From: Acidimicrobiia bacterium
GTDB lineage: Bacteria > Acidobacteriota > Vicinamibacteria > Vicinamibacterales > SCN-69-37
DNA: 64,000 nucleotides
Assembly (NCBI GenBank): GCA_045862915.1
Contig: BTVE01000010.1
Location: 7,968 to 71,967 of the forward strand
Direction: 5' to 3'
Positions 56,486-64,000 of the stretch are shown here, piece after piece; within the stretch, counting starts at the first letter, position 1; every line of letters begins with the position of its first letter. The notes under the pieces are model-generated. The model saw nothing but the letters and a program-made list of their open reading frames with translations, ran no database searches and had not been told where the DNA came from. A program made the translations under genes and the position numbers.

Positions 56486-57388
56486 TCAGCGCAGCCGGGT
56501 GAGGTCGATTCTCGCGAACGTTGGGCTGCTGTAGGCAGCGCGCGTCTCCGCAGAAACCCGCGACATCACACTGCCACGTGGATCCTGAGAGCCGATCGCG
56601 CGCGGACCACCACCGCCTTCACGTTCGTCATAGTTCGCCGTCATGCTGGCCGGCAACAATAGGCCGAGTGCAGAGTCCCTGGTGAACTTGACGGAAATAT
56701 TGGCCTGTTCCCGTTTGGAGTCCACCCACAGCTCCGATTGATGGACGGCTCCAGTCAGCGGATCGACCCAGAGCCGGCCCTTGGCCCGCGCATTGCTCCG
56801 TGTCTTCAGCACGTACTCCTTGTACTGCGCTTCAGGCTCCTCGAACTCCAGCCCGATCACCCGCGTGTCATTCATGGTCTTCCAGCCGCCGAGCTTGTAC
56901 TTCAAGCCATCCTGGAATACCGCCGACCCGAACTGGAGAGCCAGCGTCGGCTCGTTGGTCTTGACGATGATGTCCAGCATGAAGTGGACAGCGCCCTCTT
57001 GCGGAAAACTGCTGGCCCGCTGCCAGTCGGCCAGCGATGGTGTCGCCGGCGCCGCCAGCAACCGCATGATGCGCGGAACCTTCTCACGCAGCGGGCGTGT
57101 ATCGATGGCGTATGGATCGCGTAATGCCGCGATCAACCCGTTGACGCCGACAAGAACGACATCCGAGCTGATGCGCGAGATCGCCCCCATCCTGCCGCTG
57201 GTTGTGTCAATCACCTGATACTGCTCGTCGAGGAGGACGCCCGACGTGGCGTGGGTGTACGTCCTGTAGTAGTCAGCGGTTTGCGCCAGCACGTCTGCCA
57301 GCTCCGGTTTGGGCTGGTCGGTCGCCGTTGCGCCCCGAGTGACGGCCAGCACAAGACACGCGACGGCGATGAGTCGAGTGAGCAGCAT
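56486..57388 (-). CDS. hypothetical secreted protein
   Basis: The ATG at 57388 gives MLLTRLIAVACLVLAVTRGATA. No family recognised. Confidence 0.55.
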   Translation of the reverse strand: MLLTRLIAVACLVLAVTRGATATDQPKPELADVLAQTADYYRTYTHATSGVLLDEQYQVIDTTSGRMGAISRISSDVVLVGVNGLIAALRDPYAIDTRPLREKVPRIMRLLAAPATPSLADWQRASSFPQEGAVHFMLDIIVKTNEPTLALQFGSAVFQDGLKYKLGGWKTMNDTRVIGLEFEEPEAQYKEYVLKTRSNARAKGRLWVDPLTGAVHQSELWVDSKREQANISVKFTRDSALGLLLPASMTANYDEREGGGGPRAIGSQDPRGSVMSRVSAETRAAYSSPTFARIDLTRLR

Positions 57389-57446
57389 CGTGACTCCCAT
57401 TGAGATGGTATGCCACCTTTGACGCCGCCGCTGTGACTTTGGCCTG

Positions 57447-58826
57447 TCAGGCCTTGGCCGTCGGGGACTGGACGACGATCGTGCGCCAGTGGCCGTGGCC
57501 AAAACGCCAGACACTGAGTGCCATTCTCGTGAAATGCCCCAGCACGATAGCCGACCAGATGTGCCAGGCTTCGAGGCCTATGGTCGCGGCCAGCGCGGAA
57601 CACAAACCGACTGGAATGACCACCTGGGACACAATCGAAATGTAGAGGGGACTCTTGGTGTCACCCGTACCCTGCAGGCCACCTGAGTAGGTCAATGCCA
57701 CAGTAACAAAAAAACCTGATACCGCCAGAAATGCGAGCAGCTGCCGCGCCAGGGCCGCACCGATCTCATCAGTCAGCGAAAACACGTTCAGCAACGCCTG
57801 CGGCATCGCGATGAATGCCAGCCCCACGATGGCGGCGACGCTCAGGCCAATCCGCGCGGCCACTCGTGGGGTCTGCGCCGTCCGCTCGGGATGACCGGCG
57901 CCAAGGTTCTGGCCGGCCACGGCCGCAGTGGCGCCCATCAGGCCCACGGACGTCCAGGTGATGAGCGAGAACAGCTCCGTGTATCCAACGGCATACGCAG
58001 CCTGTGCTTCGGCACTGTGCTCCAGTGACCCGATGAAACCCAGCATCGTGACACCCGCGACGTTCATCGCCACGCCCTGGACCCCCGTCGGCAGCCCGAA
58101 CCGGAACAACTCGCGAACGATGTGCCAATCGGGCCTGAACGACAGGCCCCGATGAAACCGGACGACCAGCGATCCCCTGAAGAGCAGCACGAGCAGCACG
58201 ATGCCGACCAGCCCGCTGGCGAGGGCCGTGCCCGTCGCGGCGCCAGCAGTCCCCATGGTCGGGATGAGCAGGATGTTGAAGATGATGTTCAGGACCGTCA
58301 TTGCCGCACCCATCCGCAGGGTGGTCTGGGCGTCGCCGGCCGCGCGCAGCGCGCCGCTGAGCATGAAAAACAGCATCATGCCGATGTTTGTCGCAAACAT
58401 GATGCGCAGGTACGGCAACGCCTGAGCCTGCACCTCTGGCGCTGCGTTCACCAGCGTCAGCAACCACGGCGCCAGCATGTACCCGACCGGCGCGAGCACG
58501 CCGATGGAGAGAAACAGCGCCACGATGAACGCCTGCCACACCGTGCGGTTGACGGCATCACTGTCGTTCGCTCCGGCAAACCGCGCGACCAGCACGCCCA
58601 TGCCGGAAAACACTGACGCGAGAAAGACGATGATGAGGATGAAGATCTGGAGGCTGACACCTATCGCGGCGTTGGCGTGAAGGCCGACGTAATGCCCGAC
58701 CATCGCGTGGTCAATTACTCCCTGCAACCCGCCGATCACGTTCTGCAGCATCGTCGGCCATGCCAGCTTCCAGACAGCGGCGGACAAGGGGCCGTCAACG
58801 ATGGATCGATCGAACGTGCGTGCCAT
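57447..58826 (-). CDS. MATE family efflux transporter
   Basis: 459 aa, 12 TM, MATE-like N-terminus (LAWPTMLQNVIGGLQGVIDHAMVGH). Confidence 0.9.
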   Translation of the reverse strand: MARTFDRSIVDGPLSAAVWKLAWPTMLQNVIGGLQGVIDHAMVGHYVGLHANAAIGVSLQIFILIIVFLASVFSGMGVLVARFAGANDSDAVNRTVWQAFIVALFLSIGVLAPVGYMLAPWLLTLVNAAPEVQAQALPYLRIMFATNIGMMLFFMLSGALRAAGDAQTTLRMGAAMTVLNIIFNILLIPTMGTAGAATGTALASGLVGIVLLVLLFRGSLVVRFHRGLSFRPDWHIVRELFRFGLPTGVQGVAMNVAGVTMLGFIGSLEHSAEAQAAYAVGYTELFSLITWTSVGLMGATAAVAGQNLGAGHPERTAQTPRVAARIGLSVAAIVGLAFIAMPQALLNVFSLTDEIGAALARQLLAFLAVSGFFVTVALTYSGGLQGTGDTKSPLYISIVSQVVIPVGLCSALAATIGLEAWHIWSAIVLGHFTRMALSVWRFGHGHWRTIVVQSPTAKA

Positions 58827-58858
58827 GACGAAACACCTATTGTTTCAGATTCCCGGAA

Positions 58859-59605
58859 TCATTGGTTCAGCGCGTCGTGTACGAGGGTCACCAGTGCAAT
58901 ACACGCGGTGGTCGTCGCGAGGGTGCGAGGGCCAAGACTGACCTCCAGGAAGCCGTGATCGCGCAGGCGTTGCCGTTCGAAGTCGTTCCAGCCGCCTTCC
59001 GGACCTATGGCGAGCAGCACACGCCTGTCCTGGACCAGTGCTGAGGGTGCCAGGGTCTCGCGGATCGACTGGGTCGCTGCCGGATCGGCAACAAGCCGGA
59101 CCGTTTCCGGACACAGGCGGTCCAATTCGTCTTCAACCAGCTTCCGCAGCTGCCTGTGGACGGTCACCTGTGGCACTCGGGTGTCGCGTGCCTGCTGCAG
59201 TCCCTCGATCAGCAGCGGCCGGAATCCGTCCGGGCGCACATAGTGGCTGTCGAAGTAGTTGCGTTCGACCTTGGCAGCGTTGGTCAACATCACGCGGCCG
59301 ACACCCAGCGCGGCGAGGTGTGGCCACAGCCGGCGGAGCACCTTGGGCCGCGGAAGGGCCAGGAGCAGATCAACCGCGGGCCTTGGTGGGGGTTCGTCAC
59401 CGGCAAACACACACACCAGCTGCGTGTGGTCCGTGTCGATGCGCTCGATCGTTCCGACGCCAATCGGCCCATCGACGATGCCGATGCGGACGGCAGTGCC
59501 GACGGTCGCGCGCAAGACATCATGGATGTGCCGTGCGCGGACATCGCGGAGCCGGGCGACCCCCCGCTCATCAATGTCGCTGGACTCGAGCAGGATCAGA
59601 TTCAT
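58859..59605 (-). CDS. rsmE: 16S rRNA (uracil1498-N3)-methyltransferase RsmE
   Basis: The ATG at 59605 overlaps the upstream stop (ATGA). MNLILLES and the C-terminal LLAIGPEGGW SPOUT motif are present. Confidence 0.85.
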   Translation of the reverse strand: MNLILLESSDIDERGVARLRDVRARHIHDVLRATVGTAVRIGIVDGPIGVGTIERIDTDHTQLVCVFAGDEPPPRPAVDLLLALPRPKVLRRLWPHLAALGVGRVMLTNAAKVERNYFDSHYVRPDGFRPLLIEGLQQARDTRVPQVTVHRQLRKLVEDELDRLCPETVRLVADPAATQSIRETLAPSALVQDRRVLLAIGPEGGWNDFERQRLRDHGFLEVSLGPRTLATTTACIALVTLVHDALNQ

Positions 59606-61074
59606 GGGCGTTGCGTCGTCTGTGTGACCGCGACGGGACCATCCGGGTGCTCGATCACAACGCGGTCCCCGCCAAGGAGCCAGCGGCGCCACGCCGGCTG
59701 CCGCGGCAACTCCACGTGTGCCACTCGACCGTCGGCGTGTGTGACGGTGAGTCGTCCCGGGACGGCGTGTTTCGACACAAGGACAACCGTACGGTCGGCC
59801 GAGGGCCAGCGGAGGAGACCGGCTGCGTCGAGCGGGGTGCGGGAGTCGCCCACCTCACAGGCGCGATCCCTGTGTGCGAGAAACGACCGCAAGTCCGATG
59901 ACAGCGACGGTAATGTCAGGGTGGCCGTGATGCCTTCTGGTTCCAGTGGGGAACAGGGTGCGAAGGCCTCGAGATTCTGCCGTGAACCTGAGGCCAGTGC
60001 GAGGCAGGCCACCGCCGTGACGACGGTGCGCGGCCACGTTGTCGCCGTCCACTGCCAGAGTTGGCCTGCCGCGCCTGCCAGGGCGAGCGCTGCGGCAAAC
60101 ACGACGAGGTGCACGCGGGTCGGGCCGGAGATCAGTGCCAGGGGCGCGCCGAGGATCGCCATCAGCACGATTCCCGACACGAAGATCTTCGACGCCTGGT
60201 CATCTGGCCGGCGCAGCAGTCCGATGATGGCGGCAGCAGTCAGCAGGCTGACGACGACGCTGGAGGGCCAGTGCACCACAAACTGTGTGTGGATCGGCGC
60301 AGTGATCAGCACCTTCATCATGGTGTGATACGGGCCGTAGAGCCCTTCGCGCACCAGCGATTCGAAGGTGAGGGACAGTCCCTCCGTAGGCACGATCAGC
60401 ATCCGCGCGGCAGTCACCGCCACGGGCAGAACCCCCGCCATCACGACGACCCCCGCCCGCACACGTGGTCCGTTCCACCAGCGCGCGTGTACCCACTGCA
60501 GGGCCACCAGCGCCGGCGCGATCATCACGGCGTCTTCCTTGAATCCGGCGTACAGCAGCACCACCGCCCAGATGGGCCACCATGCGACTGCTCGACGTGT
60601 CCGGCGCTGCTGCCAGAGCAGCAGTGACGCCGCTGTGATGACACATCCGATCAGGCTCGGGTGCAGCTTGGTTGGCGCCAGCGCGGCATCGACCAATGCC
60701 GGATGCAGGATGAACAGCACAGTCGCGGCGATGCCAATGACTGGTCGTCCGGATTCTCGCCACCCGAACAGGCCAAGCAGCCAGGCGGCGATCGCGGTCA
60801 GCGCCAGCGAAATCGCATGCAACGGTGCCGGATGGAAGCCGAAGAATTCGAATGACGCAGCGTAGTAGAGCGACGCCAGCGGCCGGTAGTACGGCTCGCT
60901 GGCGCCGCTTGGATCCCACGGGCCTGTCAGTGCCTGCCAGATCTCTGCCCGCGTCCACGGGCGCAGTTCGCTGAACTCGTCGACCCAGAACTGCACCTGC
61001 AGCGCCGGCCAGTGCTGGGCCAGCGTGAGGACGGCCGCGATGACCGCCAGTGTCAGCGCAGGCCGTCGTGTCAC
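59602..61074 (-). CDS. polytopic membrane protein, GT-C-type glycosyltransferase-like
   Basis: 490 aa, about 11 TM segments, then a C-terminal soluble domain. The family call is tentative. Confidence 0.6.
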   Translation of the reverse strand: MTRRPALTLAVIAAVLTLAQHWPALQVQFWVDEFSELRPWTRAEIWQALTGPWDPSGASEPYYRPLASLYYAASFEFFGFHPAPLHAISLALTAIAAWLLGLFGWRESGRPVIGIAATVLFILHPALVDAALAPTKLHPSLIGCVITAASLLLWQQRRTRRAVAWWPIWAVVLLYAGFKEDAVMIAPALVALQWVHARWWNGPRVRAGVVVMAGVLPVAVTAARMLIVPTEGLSLTFESLVREGLYGPYHTMMKVLITAPIHTQFVVHWPSSVVVSLLTAAAIIGLLRRPDDQASKIFVSGIVLMAILGAPLALISGPTRVHLVVFAAALALAGAAGQLWQWTATTWPRTVVTAVACLALASGSRQNLEAFAPCSPLEPEGITATLTLPSLSSDLRSFLAHRDRACEVGDSRTPLDAAGLLRWPSADRTVVLVSKHAVPGRLTVTHADGRVAHVELPRQPAWRRWLLGGDRVVIEHPDGPVAVTQTTQRP

Positions 61075-61076
61075 GG

Positions 61077-62693
61077 TCAGCGCGACGCGCGCGCCTTCTT
61101 CTGGGCCTCAACCATGCCGGCTACATCTGCCAGCAACTTCTTGGCGTCGTAGACGATGCCGTCCTTGATGGTCCACTTGACGCCTCCAACCCAGTCCACG
61201 CGGTTGGTCTGATCGTTCAGTCGCATGGCACCGGTGCCGTACAGCACTTTCAGGTTCTGCAGCGGGTTCTGGTCAACCAGGAACATGTCGGCCAGCATGC
61301 CTTGCCGGATGATGCCGAACTCGATCGGCCTGCCGGAGGGCTCGTGCAGCGCTTCGGCCGCATGCATCGTGGCGCCACGAATGACCTCCAGCGGATGGAA
61401 GCCGGCTTCGTGCATCAGCTCCAGCTCGTGGATGTAGCCGAAGCCCCACGTGTTGTAGATGAACGCCGCATCGTCACTTGCCGTGACGCGGCCGCCCATC
61501 TTCTTGTAGTCATTCAGCAGCCGGAACCATAGCTGGTAGAACCGCCGCCAGTGCACCTCATCGTCACTGGTCCAATCGAAGAAGTAGGAGCCGTGATTGT
61601 TGCGATCGGGACGATAGAAGTCGTGCAGCGAGGGCAGTGTGTATTTGTCGTGCCAGTCCGCATTCCGCATGCGCATGACGTCGCGGCTGGCCGCGTACGC
61701 AGTCATCGTGGGGTCGAACACCGTGCGGAGTTTGGCGTGTTCGGCGAGGTACTCGTTCCATTGCGGCGAGCCCGGCTCGTAGGTTTTGTCATAGAGACGC
61801 GCGACCTGCGAGAAACGGAAGTACTCGTCGTTGTAGTTCATCTGCGCCGGCCACGGCTGGATCTCGAAGTCCCTGAGCAGCGCCTCGAAGTGGCCGTAGA
61901 AGTGCGTGACGGTTCCGAGGCCGAGCTTGGCTGCCGTGAGTGCGTTCATCTGCGCCACACCACGCTGTTCGAGGTGTGCGGTGGAACCCAAGCCGAGCTT
62001 TTTCGCCTCGTCGAGCAGCGCCGCCATGATCTCGGGCGGGTAGGCGACGAGTTTCATCCCGTCGACGCCGTTCTCCTTGCACCAGCGCACCCACTCACGC
62101 GCCATCTCTGGCGTCGCCACGGGGCCGCGCGTCCAGCCGTTACCGGGCCGCTGGTAGTTGAAGATGCGCGGCGCGACGATTTCGTTGCGCGCCGAGCGTT
62201 CCTTTTCGGGGAGGGCGTACGCCTGAGGACCAAGTTCGACCCCGCGACCGGCCGTGACGCCATGCGCCATCCAGAGCTTGAAGACGTATTCGGCGTCAGG
62301 CGCTTTGGGTGTGCCGCCCACGTGCATGTGCAGGTTCACGAATCCCGGCAGCAGATACATGCCTGTGCCGTCGATCTCGTGGTCGCCGCGTGGCGGACGG
62401 TTGGCCTGCAGCGGCATGCCCGGCGTGCCGGCACTGCGGATCGCGGAGATCCGATTATTCGTCACGATGACGTCCATCGGGCCGAATGGCGGCGCGCCCG
62501 TGCCGTCGATGATCGTGACGCCCCGGATGACCAGTGTCTGGAACGGGCCGACGCCTTCACCCTGGCGACGATCGGGCGCGGGGTTGATGCCGCCGGGTCG
62601 TGCGGGGGCCGGAGCCTGCTGTGCCGAGATCAGCGTGGACGCGAGAACACTGGCGAGAACGAGCAGAGATGTGCGCCTGAACATGGCGCCCAT
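61077..62693 (-). CDS. secreted amidohydrolase-superfamily metal hydrolase
   Basis: Signal peptide, then the HxH motif FVNLHMHVGG. 538 aa. Confidence 0.85.
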   Translation of the reverse strand: MGAMFRRTSLLVLASVLASTLISAQQAPAPARPGGINPAPDRRQGEGVGPFQTLVIRGVTIIDGTGAPPFGPMDVIVTNNRISAIRSAGTPGMPLQANRPPRGDHEIDGTGMYLLPGFVNLHMHVGGTPKAPDAEYVFKLWMAHGVTAGRGVELGPQAYALPEKERSARNEIVAPRIFNYQRPGNGWTRGPVATPEMAREWVRWCKENGVDGMKLVAYPPEIMAALLDEAKKLGLGSTAHLEQRGVAQMNALTAAKLGLGTVTHFYGHFEALLRDFEIQPWPAQMNYNDEYFRFSQVARLYDKTYEPGSPQWNEYLAEHAKLRTVFDPTMTAYAASRDVMRMRNADWHDKYTLPSLHDFYRPDRNNHGSYFFDWTSDDEVHWRRFYQLWFRLLNDYKKMGGRVTASDDAAFIYNTWGFGYIHELELMHEAGFHPLEVIRGATMHAAEALHEPSGRPIEFGIIRQGMLADMFLVDQNPLQNLKVLYGTGAMRLNDQTNRVDWVGGVKWTIKDGIVYDAKKLLADVAGMVEAQKKARASR

Positions 62694-62697
62694 TGTA

Positions 62698-62722
62698 GAT
62701 GGCGAGATGGCGAGATGGCGAG
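62698..62722. repeat. 8-nt tandem repeat x3 (GATGGCGA) upstream of the amidohydrolase gene
   Basis: GATGGCGA GATGGCGA GATGGCGA g. On the coding strand TCGCCATC x3 runs directly into TACAATG. Confidence 0.8.
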
Positions 62723-62784
62723 GCTGGGCTCGCCCTATTTGGCGCGGCCTAGCTGGGAAGTGCCGCCATGGGAGGCTCCTGGGT

Positions 62785-64000
62785 TCAGCGGATGCGGCCG
62801 AGCAGTTCCTTGACTGCGGCTTCGAGCTGTTCGTCGCGGCCTTTACTGATCACCTCGGCGGTCGGTGCGACTTTCAGGTCCGGCTCCGTCTGCCAGTTCT
62901 CAAGGAATTTCTGCTGCGGGTCCTTCACGCCGAGAGGCGGCGCGCCCCAACGGATCCCGGTGTCAGGCAAGGTCGCCCAGCCGGCGAACGTGCACGTGCC
63001 GGGCACCGGCATGCCGACCAGTGTGCCGACCTTCATCGCCTGGTAGGCCCACGCAAAGCAGTGGCCATCGCTGTAGTTCGCCTCGTTGGCCAACGCGACG
63101 GACGGCTTTGTCCACCGGAAATTCGGCTCGAAGCCTGTGCTGCGGCCATCAGTGGTGTAGTCGAAGAAGTACTTGCCGGAGAGGAACATCTCGAGGTCCG
63201 CCACCAGATCGCCGCCGCCGTTGTTGCGGGTGTCCACGACGAGTCCTTTGCGGGACGCGAACTTGCCGAGGACCTCTTCGACTGTGGAGCGATACGCGCC
63301 GTCGTTCATGCCGGGCACGTGGATGTATCCGAGTTGCCCGTTGCTCGCGCGCTCCACCTCAGCCTCATTGCGGCGGACCCAGCGGCGATAGAGCAGCTGA
63401 TTCTGCGCCGCGAGCGTGATCGGCACCACGACAAGGTCGCGCGTCTCATTGGCGGGCGTCGCCAGCGTCAGCAGCATGCGCGCGCCGGCACGCCGATTGA
63501 GGTACTGTGCGAGGTCACGGTCGGCCGCAATCGGCTCCCCGTCAATCGCCTGCAGAATTGTGCCGGCGGCGACGTTCATCCCGGCCTTGTCGAGGGGGCC
63601 GCCCGTGATCACTTCGGCGATGCGATAACCGGGACCGCGGTACGTCTCGTCAAAAAACGCTCCCAGCGCGGCGGTCGCGTCCAGATCCGAGCCCGTCCGG
63701 CTGTAGCTGGAGCCGGAGTGCGACACGTTCAGTTCGCCAAGCATCTCGGCCAGCAGCTCCGAGAGTTCGTACTGCGTACCCACGTGCGCGAGGTACTTCA
63801 GATAGTCGGGTTTCACCTCGTCCCAATCCACGCCGTGCATCGTGCGCGTGTAGAACGTCTGCTTCACCCGACGCCACACACTCTCGAACTGCGCGAGCCG
63901 CTCGGCCGCCTGGTCCTGGATCTTCTCGCCGCTGATGCTGATGGTGTCCCGGCGACCGCTGGCCGGGTCGATCTTCGAGATCGAACCGTTGGACAGCAGG
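62785..64000 (-). CDS. S41-family (tricorn-like) peptidase, C-terminal part (N-terminus lies outside the window)
   Basis: ORF 62785..63879 stays open to the window edge in my translation (...LLSNGSISKIDPASGRRDTISISGEKIQDQAAERLAQFESVWRRVKQ). PDZ-like and S41 catalytic regions are present. Confidence 0.85.
   Translation of the reverse strand, partial: LLSNGSISKIDPASGRRDTISISGEKIQDQAAERLAQFESVWRRVKQTFYTRTMHGVDWDEVKPDYLKYLAHVGTQYELSELLAEMLGELNVSHSGSSYSRTGSDLDATAALGAFFDETYRGPGYRIAEVITGGPLDKAGMNVAAGTILQAIDGEPIAADRDLAQYLNRRAGARMLLTLATPANETRDLVVVPITLAAQNQLLYRRWVRRNEAEVERASNGQLGYIHVPGMNDGAYRSTVEEVLGKFASRKGLVVDTRNNGGGDLVADLEMFLSGKYFFDYTTDGRSTGFEPNFRWTKPSVALANEANYSDGHCFAWAYQAMKVGTLVGMPVPGTCTFAGWATLPDTGIRWGAPPLGVKDPQQKFLENWQTEPDLKVAPTAEVISKGRDEQLEAAVKELLGRIR

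Noticed and set aside
1-64000. Search for CRISPR arrays, tRNA/rRNA genes, transposases, integrases, phage genes or classic defence systems.
   Set aside because: I found no spaced direct-repeat arrays, no cloverleaf-like or rRNA-like segments in the short intergenic regions, and no recombinase-like ORFs. The only defence-like content is the two TA pairs.

Overview
Visibly GC-rich (about two-thirds G+C by eye, not computed), densely packed chromosomal segment with about 60 protein genes. I saw no rRNA, tRNA, CRISPR array, transposase or integrase. An ADOP-type MacB-like permease, a VWFA-related Acidobacterial-type protein and the codon style suggest Acidobacteriota; this is inference only, since no database search was possible. 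Many neighbouring genes overlap by 4 nt (ATGA/GTGA), so much of the window is organised as operons. The content is dominated by metal and redox stress functions. These include a bufferin-type RiPP operon (DUF2282/DUF692/DUF2063/DoxX) beside an ECF sigma / NrsF anti-sigma pair, and dps. There is also a CusA-type RND pump with fused periplasmic domains, chrA, bcp, and an ArsR-controlled operon ending in a TPCP-motif P1B ATPase. Two observations stand out. (1) The motif GTAACC-N16-CGAA, or a one-mismatch variant, sits directly upstream of five genes: bufA, a Rieske/flavodoxin gene, a cytochrome P460-like gene, the sigma gene itself and an exported redoxin. This outlines a compact ECF regulon. (2) The exported redoxin-DsbD-alpha fusion carries an in-frame TGA exactly at the first Cys of its W-C-P-Y-C active site, followed by a hairpin. 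It is therefore a candidate periplasmic selenoprotein, or else a very recent pseudogene. Other items are tandem hipBA and vapBC toxin-antitoxin modules, two non-canonical TRAP transporters, and a 0.7 kb scar of gene remnants downstream of chrA. All family assignments come from motifs I recognise in the translations.
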